Under the pieces are notes generated by a model that had not been told where the DNA came from, ran no database searches, and saw only the letters and a program-made list of their open reading frames with translations. Positions 1 to 13,420 of a stretch of DNA of 64,000 bases are shown here, one piece after another. This stretch comes from Phoronis australis (Eukaryota > Animalia > Phoronida). The position numbers and the translations under genes were made by a program. How positions within the stretch are numbered: the stretch's first letter is position 1; each line of letters starts with the position of its first letter. The stretch lies in contig NMRA01000233.1 in assembly GCA_002633005.1 (NCBI GenBank), positions 496,001 to 560,000 on the forward strand, in the 5' to 3' direction.

Positions 1-2300
1 TAGGGTATTGAAATGGGTATTGTATATTGGGGAAGGGGGTATAGATAGCAATGACCTGAAGAAAGAAAATTCATGGTTGAGTAATGTGCATATTACATAA
101 CAAAGAGGTAACTAGGTATTGATCTACTAGTAGTTTTCTTTTCCAGGTCTTAGGCACTGAAATGGGTTTTCTTTTAGCCCCCCCCCACTCTGGAAATTGG
201 ACTATGATAACACTTCTAGAACAAGCAATGTCTTTTCACGTGTTTCACTGTATTCATAACCAGACCGAGTTTGTGATGTATCGTAATTATTTCTTGGTCA
301 TTGTGTCTTTTTGCCTATATGATATTCAATATATCCCATTTTATTGGTAATGTATTCATGAATACCGAAGTGTTCAGTGAACTTACATGAACACTCCATT
401 TATCGTAGTATTTCTTAAGTTATGTTGTTACACACTCTCACAAGCATTGTGGGATAACTGTCCTCCATTGAATGACTTTAAGGGCCGATATTGATCTGAT
501 CAGACACACAGATGTGTGGTCATAATATAGCTAGCTGAGTCCTGTATCAAGTAGTCAAGTAAACAAAATGGTGTGTAACTTCATGATCACTGTATTGGTT
601 GTTACTCAGGTGAGTCGAGTGTGCGGTGTTAGTCAGTTTAATGAAGTCATTAATTGATATTCAATGACTGGACTAGACAGGTCTGTGATTTTTGTTATCA
701 GTAGCACGATAACTGTGGAATGTCTTAATACGTACTCATTCTCGGAATCTATACAAGCCAGTATTTAGATGAAAGGGACAACTTTGGCCAAAACATGTCT
801 CAAATGTGATACCGATACACTAGTTCTTAGGTTGCTTTTTTCATTACTTCGATCACTTCCTTGGTGTGACAGGATCTGCTGACTGTTTTCCTTTGAATGG
901 ATGTTTGCAGTGGACATGCCCTCTTTTAAAGCCGTGTTTGGTACAATCCTGTGTCGTACTACACATGTATGACTTGGCCAATCCAACTCTGTTGGGACTA
1001 GTGACACTTTGCACAAAAACACTTTGATAGGGTTTTTTTTTTAAGTTGGATATGAAAAATGGGTACCACAAGATGAAAAATCTCCCGATAACGATTATTT
1101 GTTTGTTGGTCATGATTGTGCGCCCTTGGAGCTGTGTGTGTGACCTGGATTTTAGAATTGTGTGCTCTTAATGCCATGCTATCATGGTCGCATTCGCGCA
1201 TAAATTTGTCACACGAACAAAATGTCAGGATTCAGCAACTAGATCAAGTGGGGTCATCACTCATACATGTACTCGCGGAAACGCTCATTATTGCATCATG
1301 CGACTGATTTTACCTTTTGAATGAAAGTCGTTGCGTGACTTTCAAATTTTAGGCGCGGGTACTAAAATCGATTTTCCGAAGACTTTTGGGCCGGTTGATT
1401 GTTTTTATGTCCCTCTAACTTCTAAGTATCACAAAGCAAATCCCATCGTGACTAGGAAAAAAGCAAGACCAGTTTGGTAGTTTGAGTATTTGGCATAATT
1501 TGCCTTTCGTTAATCAAGTCACCTATAAACAGGATAAATTTTGCAGCTTTACTGTATGTGCATAGGCATATCACAGATACTGTCTTGTAAGGTCTGGTTG
1601 GTAGGTAATAAAAAATTAAAGCAATTAAAAAGATAAGAAATCTTTTCATGTTGTTAGGCTTTTGTGATGTTCCTTTTACCTAGCGAAAGAGACTCAGATA
1701 CCAGGTGATGAGATTGAGAGGTGGGCTGTTGATTGGACAGTTTCTAAATGAAATCCTCATAGTTAAAGATTGCAATTTGGGGCAAAGTCATTGAAAAATG
1801 TGCTGATCTTTCCAAGGAATGAAGATGATTCTAGCAGTCTCACCTTGTGCATGTACCTTTCAGGTTCATGAAAACTTAATAACTGTAAGAGGAGATTCAT
1901 GATTCATGCAGTAAGTCTAAAAAAAACTAGACATACTTTGGCAGAATACTTTCTGACTAAATCATACTTGGACTTATTTCTTGCCAGAATTATTTGGCAG
2001 TTAAGTGAAATTTTTTTCACCTTGAAATGGTATTTTTGGTTAGAGTAGTTGTGATTTTAGACAAGGTTTGTCGAGTTTTGCCAAGATTTAGCTTGAATTG
2101 AAATGTGTTCTTGTCGAAAAGAAATAGAAGTTTAATTTTGATTTTGCGCTTCGAAGTTTTAAATTGAAATTCGACCTTGCCATATTATTTTGAAAACTGC
2201 TGCACACATACTGCTCATATCTAACACTGCCGTTTCAGATTTTACTGCCCTGGACTTTCTACTGTAAAGAAATGTGATTCTTGGTTACGCAGAAGCCAAA

Positions 2301-2576
2301 GGGTCCGTTTCACGAAAATTATTTTTTAGAAATTTGGTCTTGTGCTTCACACAGCTCTTTTAGAAAATTAATTAAATTTCATTTAAAGTAAAAAGTCGCA
2401 GTCTCTGAGAATGTACGTGACTGCAAGTTGCTGGGATAATTTCTATAAATTATTCATATAGCATGATGCACTCGTGAATACTTGGCTTACCCTTTATTCA
2501 GTAATTGTGAAGTCGGACTGCAAGACCAAATTCTTGTCTAACTCTTAAACCTTAGTCATTCCCATGAAACGTACCC
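2301..2576. mobile_element. Degenerate MITE (PIF/Harbinger-like), family copy 1
   Basis: Imperfect TIRs GGGTCCGTTTCACG / CATGAAACGTACCC; internal similarity to 6524-6800. Confidence 0.55.
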
Positions 2577-3955
2577 CAGAGCAAACATTATGTGCGTTTG
2601 TCAATTTTGAAAGCGATGGTATAATTTGAGCTCAATTATTACTCACTAGTAGGTGTTGTTGTCAGTTTTTGCATATCCTTGTGTGGGAGAGTTTGTATTC
2701 AAAGGTTGATGCTTAGAAAAGCCCACAGTAGGCACTGTGAACTGTTTTTTCAGGGTCAACTTGCTGAAAGGATATTTGCAATTCTTTATCTTTGTGGTGT
2801 CCAGCAAGTTTCCAGTAAATGGTTGATGTTTGTTTGAACCTACTTGTTATTGTTGCTGCTACTGAGTTTTGACTTATAGCAGGTTATCATAGAACACCTG
2901 GCCATGGAAAAAAATTCAAATATTTAGTCACAATTGGTGATCCTTTTTGCAGATTTTATTGTAGGCACTCCAAATTATTAGATCGTCTTTGGTTTTGAAA
3001 AATGCAGTTCTACAGTCCAAGGTTGTTTAGTCTGTGTCAAGTCTAATTTGTATTCCTTCACCTTAATTTTGTTAAATATTAATTATTCAGCATTGCATCT
3101 AAACTCATTACTCAAGCCAGTGGTATTGTTTAGCATTCAACAAATCACATCAATTCTTTGTTGTGTATTGACATAATCTTGGTGTCACTTCTCCACAGTC
3201 ACTTGAACATTCCAAGAAAACATGCTCATATCTCGCTTGTCTTGGCCAGATCGATCACACTTCTACACTTGTACTGTATCGATTATTTTCTCCACCACAA
3301 ATTCAGCCACTGAAACACCGGTTGTCTAATGAAATCAAGCGTATTTATCTTGTAATGCGGACTGCCAGCTAAATGCCATAAGGGGTATAGCCCATCGGGA
3401 CAACCAAGGTAATTAAAAAACGTTATCTGGAAATTGCCCGAAGAGCTCATTTTGTGACACCAGATCTCTTACAAAATTGGTGTATTTTTGTCATTTTATT
3501 ACGGTTTTCTTGTGCCAAGGATATTTACTCACATTGTGTTCCACCATTTTGGGAAGTAATGCAAAATCTCACTTATTTCGGACAAAAGTAATTGCCAAGA
3601 TTTATATTTTTCATTTTACGAAAGCCTGTACAATCTTCCGTGACGGTAGCTGAGATATAGAACTTAAAAATAGTATAGCATTTTGTCAGTGCAACTTACC
3701 TTTCATGGAAAAATCGAAAATAAAATTTTGCTTGTCTGCCACAATATGTGCTAAATGGTGAGATTGTATAGTAATTGAGACATTGGATACGTTCATTAGG
3801 TGGGGTATAATTATCGGCTTTACTAGCCTAAAGGTCCCACACCAACAGATGAAGGCATGCCCTTGACAGTCAATTCTCAGATAAATTTGCTCCAATATTG
3901 CTTAGTAATAGTTTTGCTATTTTTTAATTAGGTTAACCTCTTGAGCTGTGCTTTG

Positions 3956-4386
3956 CTATGAGGGCCCTCAACACATTCACACCACATTCATTACCTTTCC
4001 ATGAGAGCTCATCAAATTCACACCACATATGCCCCCTTTCCATGAGAACTCTCAACACATTCACATCATATTCACCCCCTTTCCATGAGAACTCTCAACA
4101 CATTCACACCACATTCACTCCCTTTCTATGAGAACTCTCAACACATTCACACCATATTCACCCCCTTTCCATGAGGACTCTCAACACATTCACACCACAT
4201 TCACCCCCTTTCGATGAGAACTCTCAACACATTCACACCATATTCACTCCCTTTCTATGAGGACTCTCAACACATTCACACCATATTCACTCCCTTTCCA
4301 TGAGAACTCTCAACACATTCACACCACATTCACTCCTTTCCCATGAAGACCTTCAACACATTCACTTCACATTCACTCGTTTTCAT
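3956..4386. repeat. Minisatellite, 43-bp unit, about 10 copies
   Basis: Unit ACTCTCAACACATTCACACCAYATTCACYCCCTTTCYATGAGA (e.g. starts at 4091 and 4134). Confidence 0.95.
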
Positions 4387-6523
4387 GCACCCAAATTAAA
4401 ACTGAACACAAGGAGAAGGAGGACCATTGGTACATTGGGATCTTAGTCTGCCAGCCAACATAGAATTTGGATTGGTCCTCTGAAGTGAGTCTGACCAGTC
4501 CATTGACCATTCTTCTGCGTGCTGTCCCCCAAACTCATTTAAAGGCCACATTATCAAGGATGCGAAAGGATACTAAACATTTGGCTGAAATCCCTTCCAA
4601 AGTATAAAAACGTGATTATAAACATTTTTTTGATAATGTCTTGTTGCACATTTCAGATCTTTGTTTCTGGAACTGTTCAAAAGATTGTCTAGCTTTATGT
4701 AGAATTTCAACTCCAAAACACACAAAAATCTTTTACCTTTAATTGGCAAATAATGGATCGTCTATTTTGCTTTTGAGAATTTTTCATCTATAAATCTTGT
4801 TGATACTAGACATAATGCCACTTCTTCAATGTTTGATGTAGACTAGATGTAGAGTGGTGAGTAAAAGTGCGTATGCACATGGATGCCTTATAATCAGTTG
4901 AGCAAGGAGTTTGTTTGAATATCATGGGTTGCAATGACATGAGAATTAGACACATGAGTGAACTACAATAATATTGCCTGTCATTACCATTACCCTACCA
5001 AGAGATGTCTATATGGATGTTTCTTGTGTTGTAATGCAAAAAGATTCCGAGTGATTCCTCTATTGTTTGTGACCAAGTTTTGCTCAAGAAAGGAGTGATG
5101 GATAAACTTTGATACAAATTTTAAGAAATCAACATGCGATGTAGTATTATGTACTGGTTGAAATTTATGAAAAAAAACATGAAAGTAGAGATGCTTCTCT
5201 GTATTAAAAAGGCAGATAGAAAAAACATTTGTGGTGAGATCCAAATTATAAGTTTGTCTGTAACCCGATATCACATTTCATTATATGTATACAATCTGGC
5301 TTTTATGGTGTGACTATAGTGGTGGGTTTGATGTTTTTAACTTGAAGGGTCACTTGCAAAACATACTCAAGTATGCAACCAGAGTCCAGAACACTCAGGT
5401 TTTACAGTGGAGGTCCACCTCAGAAATAAGCAGTTTTGGCAATTTTGTACTAAATAAATTGAAGAATCGCTTGAATTATTATGCTCTGAACAGTACAAAA
5501 GATAATTTGTTGCTTCTAATCCATACAGGTTTTACAATTTTAAGTAAAAAAGAGAATGGGTGTGAAGCTGTCTGTTGCTGTTTGTTATTTATTGCTCAAG
5601 CAGGTCTTGGGCACCATATATTTTTTGGACTCGGACCTCTTTACTGCTAACTATGACTTGCACAATTATCGTAACTTAAAAACTTGGAGGAAAAATTATG
5701 TTTCAGTGCCTGTATGTCATTTGCATAGATTTAACTTTGACAGTTATTATAATTCAGGTGAGAACTTGTTGCACTCGCTGTTAATTCTTTAGTTTGAAGG
5801 GTATCAAATCTACTGATGTACATGATATCATATGACCTCATATAAACTGCTTATGTCACATCAGCCTCTGCACAGATACTGTTTATATATTTATTCTAGA
5901 TTTTCCAAATAAATGCAAAGCTGTACTGTTTCTTGTATCTAGACCCCTTATGGAGTTTGTAGACATTTTTATACGAAGGGTGCCATGTTGCAATTGCCTG
6001 AAAAATGGTTGCAGCAACACCATTATGGAGAATGCTTCATTCCACAAGTCGTCATAGCGTAGTTTGCTTGTGAGTCGACATCTATGTGGCTCATAGGGGT
6101 TTAACCCGATCGATCATTTGAGTAAGCTCCCACCCCTGAGTTTCATTTTTAAGCGTTACTGCCCACCTGGTTTTTTAGTTTCTCTCCTCAGGCGCCCTAG
6201 GGACTGGGGAGCAACACTGGACAAGTACGGGAGGTACTATAATCTTTAAAATTTTAACACACAATATGAAGAACATGTGGATTTTTATTTTGTCAAAATT
6301 TTCAACGAAAATAATCGTTAAGAAAGTTTTGCTTCAGTCTTAGCAAGGTTTGTACTCAGGAGCCTAAAACTACTCTTTGTGGATTTTTCCATTATTTTGT
6401 CAAGGTGGTCACTCTTTTGAAAAAAGAAAATAACAATTTTGACGATTAGTTTTGCGCAACGTAACTGAAAATGTGCTCTTCTCTTACCTGACTGAGAAAT
6501 GCATCAGTTGTCTTCAGCAGTTC

Positions 6524-6800
6524 TGGGTTTTTTAGGAGAAGTGACTTTAGACTTAAGTCAAAAACTTGGGTCTTATGCTCCTCATAGCTATTTTTTAAAA
6601 CTTATTAAATCTAACTTAGCAAAAATGCAAAGTTTCTGAAGATGGGCACATAACTACTAGTTACTGAGGGAATTTCTGTAAATTGATTCTAGAGTGTGTT
6701 GCACTCATAATTAATTGATTAAACCTTTATTCGGAAATTGTGCAGTGGGAACGTAAGACCAAAATTTTTGTCTGAAGTCACTTTTTATGAAACACACCTC
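6524..6800. mobile_element. Degenerate MITE, same family as 2301-2576
   Basis: Shared blocks AATTTCTRTAAATT, TGCACTC, CTTTATTC..AATTGTG, AAGACCAAA..TTGTCT; subterminal inverted GTGACTTTAGAC / GTCTGAAGTCAC. Confidence 0.5.
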
Positions 6801-9800
6801 GCCTTATGCCATCTGTCAGTGTATTAGAATTGTGTGCTATAGAATTTCGCAGCTGCTGAGTTTTGCACATAGAAATAATTAGCATTGTCATCTGTGCTAA
6901 TCGAGATCATTCACGCATGAAATGACTGCAGTATGTTCAGCAGTTAAATGTTGCCTGAAAACCTTGTGCAACCTATACCTAATACCTGTTCAATGACATT
7001 CAAGGGTCTTACAGAATTCTTCATCTCGAAAAACGTTAATCAGAGACGTACACAAAAATCTGTGGTGCTAATTTTAAACTGCACTGAGTACTCCTAGTGA
7101 GACAGTACAAATTTAGACAGGTTAAGTCATTTGGTTTCACCTGTAAAACTCATTGACAGCTATAAATATATGTTATCCATACCTAAAGCATTTGCAGTCC
7201 AAAGCTTGTCTGTGAGACTGTAATCCATTTTTTTCTGTTCAACTAATAATTTTTTAAGCTTACCTTAGAAGTCCTATACTACAAAAAATAAAAAGTTGTT
7301 GGTAATCTTATTATAAGGCAAATGTTAATGTAGGTATGTCACCTGATATATAACAGTGCTCATCCTAAAGGATGAAAGTTTGTTATTTGACTTTCATTTA
7401 CCTCTACTAGCCCTTGAAGTGTCCACAGCTTAGTTTTAATATGGGTTGTGAATGAGTCCAGAACATGAACATGTAAACAAGTATGCCAGCTTGGATTTAT
7501 GCGATGACAGACAGGATCCAGGTTTTCAAAACTACCTGCAGAACAACTGTGGTTCATTATAGTGGGGAAGTTCAAGTTCAGGTCATAAATTTTTATTAGG
7601 GACTGTGAGATACATGTAAAAAATATATTGAGCTAGGTTTTTGCCTGCTCAGAACAGTCTAGTGTGGTTGTGTTGCTTTCTCCCAACCTGTTTTGAGGGG
7701 GTAAGGGGAGGTCTTTCAAATCAACGTTGAAGCTCCTAGATCAAGCTAGCAGTGCAAGTTAAATTTATTATTATCTTTTGTGTTTACCACCATCTCGGCC
7801 ATCTTGCACACTAGAATTAGAGATTGGGTCAAACAAAAGACCCTTTCCCATTTTGAGTCACTGACCAGTAACTTCCAAATTGCCCATGGATAGCCATTAC
7901 TTCATGGTCCCTAATTGTCCACTAAACTGATAAAAATCTGTATTAGATTCACCTATGGGATGCAATGGCTTCATGAAAAATGGGTTTGTTTTTGTCAATG
8001 ACAAACTTTAAGGTGGATGATGCTTAAATGATCACCAGGAACAATATGGAATCACTTGGATGGCAGCCACATGTGGTTGTGGGATGAGTTCCAGCCTCCC
8101 TGCATACCATTAGGTCATTGTAATCTCATCAGGTATATTGTTGTATTGTGTAACCTGTCAACATTGGTCAAGTGGGCCTTCTGCAATATGTGGCAATTTG
8201 CAAAGGTCACTTCAAGGTCGTTTTGGTACTATATCCAGTGCAGTCAAATACTTAAAGGATAACATGGACAGTCACACTTGTGGTCTGTTTGTCTTAGTAG
8301 ATGCCTCCTAATTTGGTAAGTTCTTCATTTCACCTATCTCGTTTACTTGATTTTGGGCTGCTGCCAACTAGCAAAAATATAATATATCACAAGTACTATC
8401 CCATTAAGGAAATTCCTATCTCTGGAAAATCCATTGCAACTCCCTTCACCTTTCAAACTAACTCTTGTCCTGCACAAGCAACATTAGAATTAACACCAGA
8501 TGGCGTAGTTCATTTGTATAGTCAATTGAATGTGCATGTGTAATGTACCTCTAGTGACTACTGCGCCTGGTGTCAAATTCACCTAGTGTTCCAACTAGAA
8601 AGTAGTGTTGCAGTTAACTTGAATTTTTAACTATCCTTCTTTTTTCTGACAGCCGTTTACAATGTTCGTTCAATATGACCCCCTGTTCGACTTGAAATTA
8701 AAGCAGTTGTTCAAATATGAGTTCAAATATGATTGACAGTGTTCGCTGACAATTGTGTTTATTTGTTTGCTCAAGATGTTTTCCAGTTCTGTTAATTTTT
8801 GTCTGGGTGACTCAAAATTTTGTAGCACTGGATGTTGAATTTATGTGAATGACTACTCAAGTGTTGTGTTAAGTGTGGGCAAACTTTGGGGGGCCTTTGA
8901 CAGTGTCTCACTTTCACCCTTATCCTGATTTCATGAATCATTTGGTAAGCCATCTGTAGACTGCTGTTAGCTAAAAGACAATAGGCTCATCCAGAAACAG
9001 CCCCCTGGTAGGCCTACTGTCAGTTTGTCTCAAGCCTTAAAATCTTATTTAGTCTGAAAGAATTAATGCCCAATCTAAGCCATTGACCATGTTGTGTACT
9101 GCTTGCTGGTAGTGAAGCCCTGTATGTAAATATTGTGGGTCTTTCTAGCCACTTCTAAGGATTTCGGTCATTTTCTTTTTTAGCTCCAGCTCATTCCACC
9201 AGGTGTCAGGATCATTCATTATCAACCTTGGAGTCCATCAACTTTCAATTCCCTACAAAAACAAATGTAATAGACTGGTGTTTAGATTGCAGTCACTCTT
9301 GCTAAAAACACCTGTTGGTTCCAAGAGTTTTTAAGTGCTGTTGCATACAGCTGTGTACGTGTCCTATCTTGAAAGCTTTTCAGCACTAAAAACAACCAGC
9401 AGCTATTTGTATCTGGTATCCCATAGAAAAAAACTAAGTGGTCATAACAAATAGATTTGGAGCTGGTTCTTCAATGAGGGATATACAGTAAGTACATTTT
9501 TGACATAACTACAAAAGATGGCATTAAGTACTTTCTGTCAGGCACATTTGTAATTTATTTTACTTCTGCAAATTTTTTTTCTTGTACAAGTTCTTTTCAC
9601 ATCACTGCTAAACAATTTAGCAGTAGCTAGGCACAGCAATTAGCGTTTCTAGACATGTTTAGATTCTTTGCATAGTGTGTTTTTACTCCATTTGAATCAT
9701 TATGACCAAATAAACATTTCCTTATTGCCATGTCAGTCTGTTTGACTGTATTACACATTAAGAATCCTTGAAGGCACTTTGCACAGCACATTGTCACTTG

Positions 9801-10097
9801 TGACATAACTCCTTTCAGCTGATGGCCTGGCAGCCATTTTGAAACAAATGACAGGACTTGAACCGTTTTTTATGTAAAAAAGCCCTTTTTGCTAAAATGT
9901 GAAATACTAAATTTTGTCTGACAAGTTTTACATTCCCTCTTTAGAGACTGTAAAAATGTTAAATTTCATTGCAAGATCCATTTTGAGCTGTCACAATCCT
10001 GACCATTTTATGCTGGTATTCATCAGATCCAATTATTCATGCTGACAGACTACTAGGCAAACACAGCAAGTTTCTGATGACACATCATAAGGTAGGA

Positions 10098-11580
10098 TTT
10101 TTATGCGCCCACATATTTACGGTATATGTGGACTCGTTATGCGGTCATCTCCATCCGTCCGGGGGGCGTCCGTCCGGCGTCCGTCCGTCCGGCGTCCGTC
10201 CGGTGACCGTCCGGCATCGTCCGGCGTCCACTGCTTTATCTCCAAAGCCCTTTGACATACGTTTATGAAATTTGGCGCGTTTGTTCCATTCATGAATGGG
10301 ACGGCATGAGCGAACTTTCGTACGGATCCGACTACAGTTGTGCCCCCTAGTGGCAATTTTAATTTTTTACGCTTACCTTTATATATTCAAAAGTCCTGAA
10401 TGGATTTTCATGAAATTTAGTATGTAGGCATCTATAAGTGAGATGACACTTTCGTTTTCGGATGGATTCGATGTAGTTTGTGCCACCTAGTGGCCATTTT
10501 TACTGTTTTCGAGTCTGTTTTTTGCGTCCAACCCTCTATCAACCAAACAGCTCAAAGGATGATTGTGAAAATTGGCATGTACGTGCTTACTATGAAGAGG
10601 ACGGTTGACGATGATTTTCTGATGATTTCAACTACTGTGGTGCCTCCTAGTGGCAGTTTTGTTCATTTTGCGCCTATGGCCGTATCTCCTAAACTGGTCG
10701 CAGGATCTTTACTTAATTTAGAAAGTGTATTTATATGATGTGACTACGAATGACGACGACTTTCAGACAGATCTTACTACTGCTGTGCCCCCTAGTGGCA
10801 ATTTTATTTTTTTACGTTGAACTCAGTATCTTCAATGGTCCTCAACAGATTTTCATAAAATTTTAAATATAAGCATCTATTGGTGTGATGACGCTATTTT
10901 CCTGTTTTTGTATGGAATCGAGGCAGGTGTTTATCCAGGATTTTGAAAATAGGGTGTCCAAAATGGGGTTCCCAATATTCCAGGGCGTCCATGATTCCGA
11001 CGCGTAAACCCCCCACTCCCAGCAATACCCAAACACACAGATTTTTTTACAAAAAATGCATAGGTCAAGGTTTTTACATCTAAGTTTATAAAACAGCCTT
11101 CTATGGTGAGCATTTTTACTAAAAAATGTGTAGACCAAGACTTTTACAATGCTGTCAATCAAGTGTCAAAATAGCAACAATGTATATACTTTGTATATGC
11201 ATGGTATACTTCTTCCTGTTTTGAAAAAAGAGCTCCCACTATGAGCCTTCAGAGGCTTCCTAGTATTCATTACAATGTGTGAGTCCAAACTTGGAAGGTT
11301 CCTATTGACAGTGGGTGACTAAATGATACATTGGGCGTCCTTGCCAGGGCTTCCAGATTAGTGCTAGGGCGTCCAGTTGGATGCTCAGGACGTACGCTGC
11401 ATAAAGGCCTGAATCGAGGTATTTTGCATCACCTAGTGGCCATTTTTGCTGTTTTCAAATCTTGTTTTGGCGTCCACCCCTGTATCAACCAAATCATTTG
11501 AAAATTGGCATATATGTTCTAAGTGTGAAGAAGACGACCTTTGATGATGGTGACTAACTACTGTGGCGCCTCCTAGTTGT
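10098..11580 (+). mobile_element. HINE-like (Helentron-associated) element, family A; interrupted by a hAT MITE, 3' end uncertain
   Basis: 5' TTTTT-ATGCGCCCACATAT..ATATGTGG hairpin, (CCGT/CCGG)n microsatellite, then ~140-160-bp core repeats; highly similar to 53679-54049. Confidence 0.85.
10924..11411. mobile_element. hAT-type MITE, 488 bp
   Basis: TIRs CAGGTGTTTATCCAG / CTGCATAAAGGCCTG (12/15); perfect 8-bp TSD AATCGAGG at 10916-10923 and 11412-11419. Confidence 0.88.
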
Positions 11581-12699
11581 GTTGCTGCAAACCTGGGGGG
11601 AAAGCAGAAGTAATTATGAATTGCAGTTGCACACTGATCGGTTTTTCTTTTGCGCATCATAGCATCATATTCACATCAACTGTTCATTGTCACCTTGCAT
11701 TAGTTATCGTATATGTGTGTGTGGACGGTCTTCTTAAAGTGTGGCAAGTTGAACTTCAATGCAAGTTGTTCTAGGGTAAGTCTGTGTATGAATCGGGACT
11801 TAGATTTACCTCTGATATGAATACTGAGCAATAAGCACCTGTCTGACTCTTCCTCTGGTACTTCTACCAGAGCTCTGGTTATTGCATAACATCCTCTCTG
11901 GTTTCAGCTGCTTCCTCTTGGTGTAGGTTCTGTCACCTGTATGCAGTTCACAGCATTCCTAATTGGTTGACTATGCCAATGGTGTTTTCTATTTTTTCAT
12001 GGCAATTAACCTTTTGCCCCTTTGAAGTCTAGACATGGAAGAGTACTCATGCTTGGTTTGTTGTGTTGGATATAATATTGGAGGAAATATTTTGGGTGCT
12101 TTGTAGAAGGGCAATTAACATTTTATTGCAGGAAAACATTATCTTCTTCTGCCACCAGCCTGAAATATTTGGGCCAGCACTACAACAGTACGGTAATCTA
12201 TATACTACTTGGAGTCGTCAAAATTTGTCACCAAGAGTTTTGAATTACCATTGTCGTAGTTGGGGTAGCAACCATTAAATACCTGTAAATTTGCGTCTTA
12301 CATTTATGAATGTGTATACATTTTTACTCTTGATTGATTTTCCACCAGATAACATCATTCAAAAACCAAGGAAAGTATGTTTGACTTCTAGTACATCATG
12401 TGCATTTTTGCCCAAAGTCTTGAGAATTTATAGGAGGCTTAAAGTGGTGCTGTTGTTCATGGTGGGTAAATTGTTGGTAGACAGCAGACAATGCTTGTTA
12501 TGTTTGTCAGTCTATTACTAGATTACCATAAAGTCTCCATTGTTCATTTTTTGGCTTCTAATTAAATACCTCATTTGATCCATGTCATGTGGAGAAGTTC
12601 TAAAGTTAGTTTACAACCAGCTTAATAAATGTCAGGCTTGTAGATTTTTGTGAGCGGATTAGTAATGGGGTTTTAATCTTTGAATTCTAAATGCAAGTA

Positions 12700-13420
12700 T
12701 TTATTTAGCGACCACGTATACTTATGTGGGTGCATGTTACTGTCATCTCCATCCAACATCCGCAGCTGCATCTCCTGAAAACTTCTTTTATTGTTTTGAA
12801 GTGCGTTTCTGTGAATGTCAGGATGGCTTTCAGAAAATTTGGCTATCTGCATGCCACCTGGTGGCAACTTGTAAATGTGTTTGATTTTCTCTTTGCCAGA
12901 TCCCTTGATGAATCTTTACAAGGTTCGGTATTGTGTCACGTGACCACTTTGGATGGCCCTGTCCTTCTGTGCACTTCCTACTTCAAATTCTGCTGTTTCG
13001 TCTTTTTTAGCATCTGCCAATCTACCAAGTAGTTTGAAGAATGTCATTAAGACTTTGTTCTTATTGATGAACATGTCAGGTGCAGTTACCACTGTAACCT
13101 CTGGAAATTTTTTTTTGGCGTGCCTCATTATCTACCAAGCCTGGTGACTGGCCATCATGAAATGTAACAAATATGTTTCTAGGGAGGAGAGCTTGCCTGG
13201 CATCGATTTTCTGAAACTGACAGCTGCTATGCCCCCTAGTGGAAGTTTTATTTTTTAGGGCCGGTGAACTTTGGTAGGCGTGTTCGTGCTAACGAGAGCA
13301 CAGCTTCTGTTGACGTTTAGACATGCGACTGCTGCTCACTGCCCCCTTGTGACAATTTAAAAAATGAGCACCCTTATAGTCATTCCTTTGTCACGCTTAT
13401 CAACATTCTGCATTGCTCCA
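12700..13420 (+). mobile_element. Degenerate HINE family A copy
   Basis: Decayed 5' hairpin (CCACGTATACTTATGTGGGTGCAT), core motifs GCCACCTGGTGG 12853 and GCCCCCTAGTGG 13231, 3'-like TCAACATTCTGCATTGCTC. Confidence 0.65.

Noticed and set aside
3956-4386. CRISPR-like regular repeat
   Set aside because: Head-to-tail units without unique spacers, no cas genes, eukaryotic context.
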